A stretch of DNA of 63,661 nucleotides from an uncultured archaeon (GTDB lineage Archaea > Asgardarchaeota > Lokiarchaeia > Sigyniarchaeales > SOKP01): assembly GCA_964388035.1 (NCBI GenBank), contig CAYLZE010000015.1, positions 1 to 63,661 of the forward strand. The letters are read 5' to 3'. Made by a program: the position numbers and the translations under genes. The notes beneath the pieces were generated by a model, which had not been told where the DNA came from, did no database searches, and was given only the letters and a program-made list of their open reading frames with translations. This document shows positions 50,770 to 59,802 of this stretch, piece by piece. How positions within the stretch are numbered: position 1 is the stretch's first letter; the number at the start of each line of letters is the position of its first letter.

Positions 50770-51474
50770 TTATTCTCTTAATCCTAGATAAAACAGCCAC
50801 GCACTCAATATCATCGCTGCTCTTATGAAAATTAAAACAATACCCGGGGAAAACAATCCATCAAGTATTCCTCCTATGGTGTACATAAAGGCTCCTATGG
50901 ATAAATACAGAAATTTCTTTCTGATTACTCCCGTTGATTTTATACCCTTGTTCAAAAACCCAAAGCCTAAAACCACGATAATTGAAACTAAGAAGATTAG
51001 AACCATTATGAAAGGTATGGATTCTAAGACTAAATTATCATTTATCAAATCTTCTCCGGGAGTCGCAGGTAAGTCATAAGTAACTGCTGCTTGGGGATTA
51101 ATGAAAAGGAAGATTTCTAAGATAATTCCTAATACGATATATATTCCATTTATTATCCATTTATATTTTATTCCCATGAGCTCTACGCCTATATAGATCG
51201 CGCAAATTCCCGCGATTGGAAACCACATCCAATTTAAAACCCCTAAGATTTCATAATTCACAAAATTAGTTCCTGTAAATAAGATCGTTACGAAATCTAT
51301 GAAATCCCCGATATATACCAAACCTGCACTAAAATATACGAGTCCTAAGTAATATAGAAGCCTAACTCCTTTAGCTCTTGCTTTAAAGATAAAAAAGAGC
51401 CCAAACAAGCAGGAAAAAATGAAAACTCCAGATGCTGTAATCCCATTCAACCATCCTACTGGTGATAATGCCAT
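50770..51474 (-). CDS. Stand-alone ~7-TM membrane protein (paralog of 18924-19676)
   Basis: Shared pattern: NG....F......G..F..K at the N-terminus, S.G.I..K...L, G...DG.F, R......Y.G at the C-terminus. Confidence 0.75.
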   Translation of the reverse strand: MALSPVGWLNGITASGVFIFSCLFGLFFIFKARAKGVRLLYYLGLVYFSAGLVYIGDFIDFVTILFTGTNFVNYEILGVLNWMWFPIAGICAIYIGVELMGIKYKWIINGIYIVLGIILEIFLFINPQAAVTYDLPATPGEDLINDNLVLESIPFIMVLIFLVSIIVVLGFGFLNKGIKSTGVIRKKFLYLSIGAFMYTIGGILDGLFSPGIVLIFIRAAMILSAWLFYLGLRE

Positions 51475-51842
51475 AAAAGATCCCTATTTTTACTATTTTA
51501 ACTGATTTTTTATTATTATTTTATCTAATACTATACTAGTATAAATATTTGAAAAGTCTATATTTATAAATTTATTTTTTTTATGATTAGTTGATATCGT
51601 TTACCCATATTAAAAAAAACGTTAATTACCTTTTCAAAAATTTCGATAAGAATGTTGTTATTGTATCATTAATTGCTTTAAGAATTCCCTATATAAATCT
51701 TTTTTAAATCATATTTTTAATAAAGTAAAGCGGGGAAAATTCCCATTAATTAATTTTCTTGTCAAACTTCCTAATTTTCTAATTTTTTACCATGCCATAT
51801 ATAATTCTAGGTATTTTTTCGCCTTATAATAGTAGTTCAAAA

Positions 51843-52832
51843 CTATTTAGACATTTTTCCCATCCCTATTAATAATCCTTGATGCTCAAAAATATTAATT
51901 TCTTTAAAACCTGCCTTTTCCATGTCTGCTTGCAATTCTTTTTCTGAAAAAATCCGATTATGCAAAGCTATATTATATAACTTTATCAGATCATTGAGAA
52001 AAATATTGTTCGTGAAAGGAACTTTATTAATTGTTACAAGAACAATCAAACCCCCGGAGCAAATAATTCTTGAAACTTCTTTTAAGAGTTCTATTCGGCC
52101 CATATCATTAAATTTTGGATCTTTTTTATAGACAGGAATGATTACACCATCAAATATGTTTTCTGGAGCAAAAATGTGGTTAGTAGCGGTATCCATTTCT
52201 GTTAACTTCATATTTACGATATTCGCTCCATTCAACATGCTATTTAATCCATTTTTAGGAAGCACATATTGTTCTTTAGAATATTCTGAAAGAAACTTAA
52301 TAATAGGCATCATAACATATTCGGAAAGCCAGATAGATAGGATTTTATTAAACTTTTGATGATTTATTTTTTCTAATAGGTTTTTAGAAAACTCTTCCCT
52401 AAATTCATCAGAGACCATCACATTATTATTGATGAGGAATTTCAAAAGTAATAATGGAGGATAATCTGTATAGGGATTGTGGTGAATGTTTGGAATCTTT
52501 CCTGAATCGCTTTCTTGAAAATTTAACAGGCCCTTATTTTCTAAATTATTCAAGAGATTATAAAAGCTGGGAGGATGCAATTGCTTTTTTTCTTTAATAA
52601 ACTCAAAAAATTTTCTTTCATAACCCGAATAATAAGAAATATCCTTCGATTCTTTATCTTTTTCCCTGAACTCAATGAATTGCTTTACCTCCGTATATAG
52701 CAGATGGCGTACTATTGGTTCTCGATATCTTGCAAGAAATTGAAGCGCGATAATATCTTTAATTGAAAAATTAGCGAATTCTGATATATTGTGAAAATTC
52801 GCATACCTCAGAAACTCCTCTTCATTAGTCAT
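51843..52832 (-). CDS. Putative regulator: N-terminal winged HTH fused to a degenerate class I methyltransferase-like domain
   Basis: SFYNLLNNLENKGLL (wHTH). C-terminal PENIFDGVI...LLKEVSRII.SGGLIVL...FSEKEL...MEKAGF..I resembles the SAM-MTase fold but lacks the GxGxG loop. Confidence 0.65.
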   Translation of the reverse strand: MTNEEEFLRYANFHNISEFANFSIKDIIALQFLARYREPIVRHLLYTEVKQFIEFREKDKESKDISYYSGYERKFFEFIKEKKQLHPPSFYNLLNNLENKGLLNFQESDSGKIPNIHHNPYTDYPPLLLLKFLINNNVMVSDEFREEFSKNLLEKINHQKFNKILSIWLSEYVMMPIIKFLSEYSKEQYVLPKNGLNSMLNGANIVNMKLTEMDTATNHIFAPENIFDGVIIPVYKKDPKFNDMGRIELLKEVSRIICSGGLIVLVTINKVPFTNNIFLNDLIKLYNIALHNRIFSEKELQADMEKAGFKEINIFEHQGLLIGMGKMSK

Positions 52833-52901
52833 GATGTATTACTTTTTTTTTTTAAACTAATGTTATTTTCTATTATTAAGCGATCTAATTTAAGTTTACT
52901 A

Positions 52902-52927
52902 TTTTTGTAAAAATATTTATACAAAAA
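52902..52927. promoter_or_regulatory. 26-bp near-perfect palindrome (candidate operator) between the divergent regulator and the RLP
   Basis: TTTTTGTAAAAATATTTATACAAAAA differs from its reverse complement at one symmetric pair only. Confidence 0.6.
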
Positions 52928-53039
52928 CTAAAAACTTTAAAAATTCATAATCATTAGTTGCATTAAACCTTTTATTTTTTAGGAAAGCAAAAAATTAGCA
53001 TAAATTAATTATATAAACAAAAAAAAGTGGTTATCTTAA

Positions 53040-54356
53040 ATGTATAAAAGTTGTGAAAAATATTTAGATACACCTGAAGCCATAGGGCTTGATGGAATAG
53101 ATTTAGAGAAATATATTATCGCAACATATATCATCAAGCGTCCAAAAGGGCAGAACGTGAATTATTTGTCCCGATTTGCTGCCATTGAACAATCTACTGG
53201 GACTTGGATACGTGTTCCTGCGGAAACTGCCGAAGTTAGAAAGAATCACGTTGCAAGAGTATTAGGGGTATATGAATTACCCTATTGGGAATATTTTATT
53301 CCTAAAGAAGAAAAAGAGCGCATGTACTGCGTTCAAATTGGCTTTCCCATTATTAATTTCACCCCTCAGATCCCCATGCTATTGACATCAGTTATTGGTA
53401 ACATCAGTATTACTCATGGATTAAAGTTAGTAGATTTAGCCTTTCCAAAGGATTGGCTACAAGGTTTCAAGGGACCTAAATTTGGAATTGATGGGTTAAG
53501 AGATTTACTTAAAGTTCCCGAAAGGCCTCTTCTAAATAACATGGTAAAGCCCTGCACGGGACACACTTGTGATGTAGCAGCCGATTTGGTATATAAAGCT
53601 GCTGTGGGTGGTTGCGATGTTGTGAAAGATGATGAGCTCATAGCCGATGTTTCTTTCAATACGTTAGAAGATAGAATTACAGCCGTAATGGAAGCCGTGG
53701 ATAGAGCCGATTCTGAAAAGGGAGAAAAAACACTTTATACCATTAATATCACGGATAGAATTCCTAAAATACTCGAAAATGCCGATAAAATGATTGAATT
53801 AGGTGCAAATGCTTTAATGATCAATTTTCTTACCTCAGGATTCGAAACAATGAGAGCTATTGCCGAAGATCCTTCCATCAAAGTTCCGATTTTAGGTCAT
53901 ATGGATTTCGCTGGCGCATATTTTGGTGGCGAATGGACGGGATTAACAAGCATGCTCACTCTTGCTAAATTTCCCCGAATGTGCGGGGCGGACTCTGTAG
54001 TGGTCCCTGCTCCCTATGGTAAAGCTGAGATATTAGAAGAACGATATGAACATATTCTAAAGGCTCTTCGATATCCATTCCAACATGTTAGGCCAACCTT
54101 ACCCATGCCTTCTGGAGGTATAACTGCTGGGATGGTCGAAAAAGCAATGAGCGACGCAGGAAATGATATCTTAATCGGATCAGGTGGAGGTATCCATAGT
54201 CATCCAGATGGTCCTATATCTGGCGCTATAGCATTCAGGCAAGCTATCGATGCCGTTATGAAAGGTATTCCCGTAAAGCAATATGCAAAGGAACACAAAG
54301 AATTAGGTGTCGCTTTAAACTTATGGGGTACGGGAAAGACCTCTTTAGTAGAATAA
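53040..54356 (+). CDS. RuBisCO-like protein (form IV RLP)
   Basis: EQSTGTW, GPKFGI.G.R, VKP..G, GGCDVVKDDE, YGK, PMPSGG, GGGIHSHPDG. Has HMDFAG where carboxylating RuBisCOs have HRA.H. Confidence 0.9.
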   Translation: MYKSCEKYLDTPEAIGLDGIDLEKYIIATYIIKRPKGQNVNYLSRFAAIEQSTGTWIRVPAETAEVRKNHVARVLGVYELPYWEYFIPKEEKERMYCVQIGFPIINFTPQIPMLLTSVIGNISITHGLKLVDLAFPKDWLQGFKGPKFGIDGLRDLLKVPERPLLNNMVKPCTGHTCDVAADLVYKAAVGGCDVVKDDELIADVSFNTLEDRITAVMEAVDRADSEKGEKTLYTINITDRIPKILENADKMIELGANALMINFLTSGFETMRAIAEDPSIKVPILGHMDFAGAYFGGEWTGLTSMLTLAKFPRMCGADSVVVPAPYGKAEILEERYEHILKALRYPFQHVRPTLPMPSGGITAGMVEKAMSDAGNDILIGSGGGIHSHPDGPISGAIAFRQAIDAVMKGIPVKQYAKEHKELGVALNLWGTGKTSLVE

Positions 54357-54555
54357 AAAATTCTCCATTATTTTTTCTTATTTTTTTACTTAAATTCAAT
54401 ATTAATTACTTTTTTTAACTTGATAAATATTATTTTAATAATAAAAATATAAAATTCTGAATTTAAAATTTTTTAAAAAAAAGTTTAATTTTAGTTGAAT
54501 TAAAGTATTATGCTATTTTCTCTATAAATGGACCTCAATTGAAGAACTGCATTTA

Positions 54556-55302
54556 TTAGAGAGTTAATTCATAACCATCTTGTGACGCTATAGTATTTGG
54601 AAATATTTTTTGAGCAGCCAATTCGGCATCATTCCGTTCTTCCATTGTCTTATACATTGCAGCGTCAAAATGTGTCAACACTAATTTTTTAGCATTTGAA
54701 GTTTTCGCAATTTCTGCAGCTTCCTTCGGATTTAAGTGAGGCCATTCCCATTCATAAGTTCCTGGTTTATAAGAACATTCGCTTATTAAAAGATCAGCAT
54801 CTTGAGCAAGTTCAATCAAGTTATCACACCTTCCCGTATCGGTGCAATAGGTTATTATTTTATCCTCTAAATGAAACCGATATCCTAAGCAGGGATCCTT
54901 ATGAATCAATAATTTACACGTGAAGTTCAAGGGTTCTTCATATTCTCCTTCCTTCACATCGATAATTTCAATTGGATAAGGAGATTCCTCTAGTGATGCC
55001 GTGAAGGGATGTCGAATAATGGAACGTAACTCTTTTCTTGTCCCTTTTAATCCAAAAACTCTTATTCCTCCATTAAATCTGAATTTGTTAAGAGCATGAA
55101 GACCTATGATGTGATCCAAGTGTAAATGACTCAAAAATAATAAAATTGGCTTAGAATCGTCATTAATATACGCATCTAATTTAGAAAATCCGTCTCCTGC
55201 GTCAAGAATTATATAAAATTTCGATGTTTCTATTAAAGCACAACTAGTGTTGCCTGTTTTTGTTGAAAACCAACCATTTGTCCCTAAAAAAATAACACGC
55301 AT
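54556..55302 (-). CDS. Metallo-beta-lactamase fold hydrolase, RNase Z/ElaC-like
   Basis: FLGT.G, LDAG.G, SHLHLDH, H...CLGY, YCTDT, LISECSY, HL...AA, LTHF. Confidence 0.88.
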   Translation of the reverse strand: MRVIFLGTNGWFSTKTGNTSCALIETSKFYIILDAGDGFSKLDAYINDDSKPILLFLSHLHLDHIIGLHALNKFRFNGGIRVFGLKGTRKELRSIIRHPFTASLEESPYPIEIIDVKEGEYEEPLNFTCKLLIHKDPCLGYRFHLEDKIITYCTDTGRCDNLIELAQDADLLISECSYKPGTYEWEWPHLNPKEAAEIAKTSNAKKLVLTHFDAAMYKTMEERNDAELAAQKIFPNTIASQDGYELTL

Positions 55303-55475
55303 GAGATTATTAGAATTAAATTCTCTTATTTAAGAATCATAAGGTATCTACTGAAAAAAAATATATTAGTTTATTTTAGCAATCATTCATAAAAAGTAAT
55401 GAATTATTAAGAGGTGTTATTTCAAATAAAAGATAATAAAAATAAGAATAATAAAAGAAATGAAATAATTTGGTT

Positions 55476-55913
55476 TTACTTAAGAATTAAAATTACAGCT
55501 TCCCCATCAGTAACAACTTCTTCTTTTTGATTGTAAACCTTGGTGTCACATTTAATGAATTTTAACTGTCCATCTTTTTTCGTATATTTCTCAGCTACGG
55601 TGGCAACGGCAGTTAAAGTATCGCCAATATAGACCGGCTTTTTGAAGGTAACGGTTTGAGAACCGTATAACACTCCAGGTCCAAAAAGCTTGACCCCTAA
55701 CACAGCAGAAATTAATGCAGAACTAAAGGCGCCATGAACTACTCTTGTTCCAAACATTTGGGTTTTGGCAAATTCTTCATTGATGTGAATAGGGTTAAAG
55801 TCACCAGAAATACCTGCGAATAATACGACATCGGTTTCTGTAACCGTTTTGGAATGAGAAGCGGAGTCACCCACTTTATAATCGTCCCATTTAACGGCTT
55901 CTAACGTTGTCAT
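55476..55913 (-). CDS. MaoC/PhaJ-type (R)-specific enoyl-CoA hydratase
   Basis: FAGISGDFNPIH hydratase motif, VVHG, PG, F..PVYIGD. Confidence 0.92.
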   Translation of the reverse strand: MTTLEAVKWDDYKVGDSASHSKTVTETDVVLFAGISGDFNPIHINEEFAKTQMFGTRVVHGAFSSALISAVLGVKLFGPGVLYGSQTVTFKKPVYIGDTLTAVATVAEKYTKKDGQLKFIKCDTKVYNQKEEVVTDGEAVILILK

Positions 55914-56183
55914 AAATTTCTATAATGAAGGTATGGATAAAAATATTCACTAATATTATGAAAAATGTATTTTTGTTCTTCATTTGGTTTCAACAATAAA
56001 AAATGTGTTTATTAACAGTTACTAATTCTTTTCCTAAAGAGGGAATATCAATCTTGTCTTCTTAATAATAATGTGAATTGGCGTTAATGGACTTTTTAAA
56101 ATAAGAGATAAAAAATAAAATCAGTCCTTAATTCCCTTATTTAATTTACTAATTAATTAGATTAAAAAAAAATGGTTTGAAAT

Positions 56184-57443
56184 ATGGGAAGATTAGCAAG
56201 AAAAGTCGCTTTAGTTGGGGCAGGGATGTGCCATTTTGGCAGAAATTTCCCTTTAAAACGAAATCCCGATATGTGGGTAGATGCTTGGTTAAGTGCCGTA
56301 AAATCAGTAGATAATGGTATCGAACCAAAAGATATAGATGCATGTTATGTAGGAAATTACTCTTCAGATTTATTTAATCATCAAGGACACTTAGGTCCTC
56401 AAATGGCCAATTTGGTGGGATTAACTCCTAAACCTGCTTCTCGCTTTGAAGGAGCGTGCGCGAGTTCTGGAATTGCTCTGAGACAAGCAATAATCGCAAT
56501 TGCCTCTGGTGTTCACGATGTTATTGCAGTAGCGGGAGTGGAATGCATGAATGAATTACCTACTGCGCTCGTTACCGATACCTTAGCAACCGCCAGTGAT
56601 TCAATATTTGAATATACAGCAGGAGCAACATTTCCAGGTTTATATGCAACAATAGCTACTGCTCATTTTAAAAAATATGGTACGACCGCCGAAGATTTAA
56701 TGCGGGTGGGGATAAAAAATCATGAAAATGGAGCAGAAAATCCTTATGCTCAAATGCAACAATCGATTAAACAAATCATGGATAGCAAAATAAACAGAAA
56801 TGTAAAAGAAGGAAAACCCGCCCCTGATTGGAAGGACGAGTTTGATTTCTTAAAAAGCTCTTCAAATCCCATGATTGCCTATCCTCTACGCCTTTTTGAT
56901 TGTTCTCTCGTCACGGATGGAGCTGCTTGCTTGTTTTTAACATCTGCAGATATAGCTAAAAAATTTACCGACACCCCAATTTGGATCGCAGGAACTGGAC
57001 AAGGAAGTGCGGCGCTCTCTTTACATGATAGAGATTCTTTAACAAGTTTTATTGCAACTAAAGAAGCATCACGGCAAGCTTATGAAATGGCGAACATGAC
57101 ACCTAAAGATATTCAAATAGCAGAAGTTCATGACTGTTTTACGATAGCAGAAATTCTCGCAATGGAAGATCTTGGGTTCTACGAGAAAGGAAAAGCAGTC
57201 GACGCTGTTAAAAACGGCGAGAGCAAGAGAGACGGACGCTTACCAATTAACACTTCGGGTGGATTAAAAAGCAAGGGACACCCTGTGGGTGCTACGGGTG
57301 CTGCTCAAGCAGTAGAAATCTTCAAGCAAATGAGGGGAGTTGCAGAGCGCAATAGACAAGTAAAGTTTGACGTGGAACGAGCCCTAACTCACAATTTAGG
57401 TGGTTCGGGTGGAACGTGTGTTGTTACAATCTATCAAAAATGA
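56184..57443 (+). CDS. SCP2-type thiolase (acetyl-CoA C-acyltransferase)
   Basis: EGACASS, KNH..G..NPYA, DGAA, EVHDCF, NTSGGL..KGHPVGATG, HNLGG. Confidence 0.93.
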   Translation: MGRLARKVALVGAGMCHFGRNFPLKRNPDMWVDAWLSAVKSVDNGIEPKDIDACYVGNYSSDLFNHQGHLGPQMANLVGLTPKPASRFEGACASSGIALRQAIIAIASGVHDVIAVAGVECMNELPTALVTDTLATASDSIFEYTAGATFPGLYATIATAHFKKYGTTAEDLMRVGIKNHENGAENPYAQMQQSIKQIMDSKINRNVKEGKPAPDWKDEFDFLKSSSNPMIAYPLRLFDCSLVTDGAACLFLTSADIAKKFTDTPIWIAGTGQGSAALSLHDRDSLTSFIATKEASRQAYEMANMTPKDIQIAEVHDCFTIAEILAMEDLGFYEKGKAVDAVKNGESKRDGRLPINTSGGLKSKGHPVGATGAAQAVEIFKQMRGVAERNRQVKFDVERALTHNLGGSGGTCVVTIYQK

Positions 57444-57456
57444 GGTGAAATAAAAA

Positions 57457-57879
57457 ATGTCACAAGCAGATAAGGATTTTACTATTCAAAGTTATTTAGA
57501 ATTCATCCAAGGTAAAAAATTAATGGGTGCTAAATGCAAGAATTGCGGTGAATTATATGTTCCGGTTAGAAAATTATGCACGAAATGTAATCACGCGAAC
57601 ATGGAATGGGTGGAGATGTCAGGAGAAGGAGAATTAGCCGCATTTACCTCTATTACAGTCGGAACCCCTTACTTCATCGATAAGGGTTATGATAGAGACC
57701 GACCCTATTGTTTTTCTGTTATAAAACTCAAGGAAGGACCCATGGTTTCCGCACAATTAGTTGGTGTGGATGAAAAAAAACCCGATGATATCAAAATTGG
57801 GATGCAATTAAAAGTAACCTTCTTGGAAAATCAAATTAAAGGAGAAACCAAAATTGATTTGGGTTTTGAACCAAAATAA
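57457..57879 (+). CDS. DUF35 zinc-ribbon/OB-fold protein (thiolase partner)
   Basis: KCKNCG...P.R..C.KC, SGEG, PY....I.LKEG, I.IGM; immediately downstream of the thiolase. Confidence 0.92.
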   Translation: MSQADKDFTIQSYLEFIQGKKLMGAKCKNCGELYVPVRKLCTKCNHANMEWVEMSGEGELAAFTSITVGTPYFIDKGYDRDRPYCFSVIKLKEGPMVSAQLVGVDEKKPDDIKIGMQLKVTFLENQIKGETKIDLGFEPK

Positions 57880-58081
57880 AACTCAACTTTTTTTTCTTTT
57901 ATTTTATTGAACATTTAAAAAATAGAAAAAAGTGGTCAATAAAGCCTAGTTATTACCCTATTATATATTTCTTGAGCTAATTAGTATTTTAATAGCATTA
58001 TATAGAACTAATTACTAGATGAGCTATTAATTAAATAACGAATAAATATTGGTTAAAATAAAGATACAAAAGAAAATGGAA

Positions 58082-59234
58082 TTAAAATGGATTTTTTGCT
58101 TTAATACTTTTCATTGTTGGTTTTTGAATCGCCATTTTAGCATCTAAATCACCAAATTGGGCTCCTTTTTGATAACAATACAATGCAAATTTTTTTTTAT
58201 TTATTTTTTCATAAACAAATCCCAAATTGAACCATGCCGTACCATATTTTGGATTTGTGTCTATTGCCTTTTTATAAGCTTGTATTGCTCCATTTATATC
58301 TCCTTTTTGTTGTTTGCTAAAACCAAGATTATTCCACATCAGGCTGAATTCAGGATATAATTCCAACCCTTTAATATATGTATTAATCGATCCGTTTAAA
58401 TCTCCTATTCTTAATTGTGCGTGACCGAGATTATTCCAAGCAAAATTGAAATTTGGATTAATCTCTAAACCTTTTTCATATGCATTTATTGCTTTATTAA
58501 AATTCCCATCCTTCATGAGAGCGGTGCCAAGGGCGAATAATGAAATTTCATTTTTTGGATCGAGTTCAATTGTGTGTTTATATGCATTAATTGCTCCTTT
58601 AATGTTTCCAACAGCTTCTCGTAGATATCCAAGTTTGTACCAACTGCTGCTATCATTTGGCTTCAGCTCGAGTGCTTTCTCAAGTGCTCTTATTGCACCA
58701 AATGTATCTTTTTCCTTATCTAGAATATTAGCAAGTCCTATCCATGCAAGACGATAGCTTGGAGAAATTTCGAGAGTTTTCTCATATTCTTTTATTGCTT
58801 GTTGAATATCTCCCTTTTTCTGATGTGCTGTTGCGAGACTAAACCAAGCACTACTATTATTTGGTTCTAACTGCACTGCTTCTTTTAAGTAAGAGACTGC
58901 TCCATAAAAGTCTCCTATGGCTATTTTAGTACCTCCTATACCTATCAATGCCATAGTATCATTAGGATCATGCTGTAAGGCTTTTTGGAAGAATTCTCTT
59001 GATTCTTTAGTAATCCCTTTAACAAATAAAGCCATACCTTTCACTATATATTTATGAGTTCTTCGAAATATTTTACGATTTATATCATAATATCCAATTC
59101 CATCTTCCGGATTTTCAAAATCTTTTAATGCCTCGTTCAATTCAATTTCACTTAAACCAGATTGTTTGGAAAGTTCTTCAATAGATACTTCTTGACCTAT
59201 AGCTAAATCATTTAATTATTTCTTTTAAGTCCAT
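58082..59234 (-). CDS. TPR-repeat protein (N-terminus apparently frameshifted; track ORF is 58082-59140)
   Basis: About eight 34-aa repeats (AW..LG...G...GAI.AY.KALE..P). ATG at 59234 with a GGAG RBS is 1 nt out of frame with the main ORF. Confidence 0.88.
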
Positions 59235-59461
59235 TAACTTTTCTCCTTATTATTACCATTTAATTTACCCCTATGAAGATATACCATTATAACTTGTTAA
59301 TTTTATTCAATTCAAGATCTTTTGTTAATTAAATATATAAAATAGTAGTTATAAGTATTTGGTTTTAAAGATAATTTATAAAGGAAATTTAAGTTAACAT
59401 TTAAATATCATTACATCATTATAGAATTCAATTTAATAAAACAAAAATCAGGTGGAAAAAA

Positions 59462-59779
59462 ATTTCAGAATTTGTTAAATGTCCCCATTGTGGTTTTGAA
59501 AATATGCCTCCTGTTGAATATTATTTAGGAGATAAAAATGCTAAACCAGAAATTTGCCTAATGTGTAATCGATTTCTGAGTGAGGATGCAGCAGAAAATT
59601 TTAAAAAAAGGCAAGAAGAAGAACAAGAATATCAACTTAAAAAATTTGAGATAGTATTTGGAAAAGATCGTGCTGATAATTTAAGAGAAAAGGTTAAACA
59701 AGGGCAATTCGTCAGTATCCATTTAGGACCTTATAATGACTTATCATTAGAGGAATTAGAAAAGGTCTTTAAAAAGTAA
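59462..59779 (+). CDS. Small zinc-ribbon protein (start upstream of the ATG at 59504)
   Basis: In-frame upstream extension ISEFVKCPHCGFEN-MPPVEYY...EICLMC completes a CxxC...CxxC pair. AGGTGG RBS before an ATT codon. Confidence 0.65.
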   Translation: MSEFVKCPHCGFENMPPVEYYLGDKNAKPEICLMCNRFLSEDAAENFKKRQEEEQEYQLKKFEIVFGKDRADNLREKVKQGQFVSIHLGPYNDLSLEELEKVFKK

Positions 59780-59802
59780 TAACAAAATAATGGTTTTATC
59801 TT

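Noticed and set aside
51532-51543. 12-bp palindrome tatactagtata upstream of the 7-TM gene (and TTCACAAATGTGAA at 11689-11702)
   Set aside because: Short AT-rich palindromes are expected by chance in this composition, and I did not see them recur elsewhere in the window.
53040-54356. CO2-fixing RuBisCO (form III)
   Set aside because: It lacks the HRA.H substrate-binding motif, and no AMP phosphorylase, R15P isomerase or PRK is nearby; better called an RLP.
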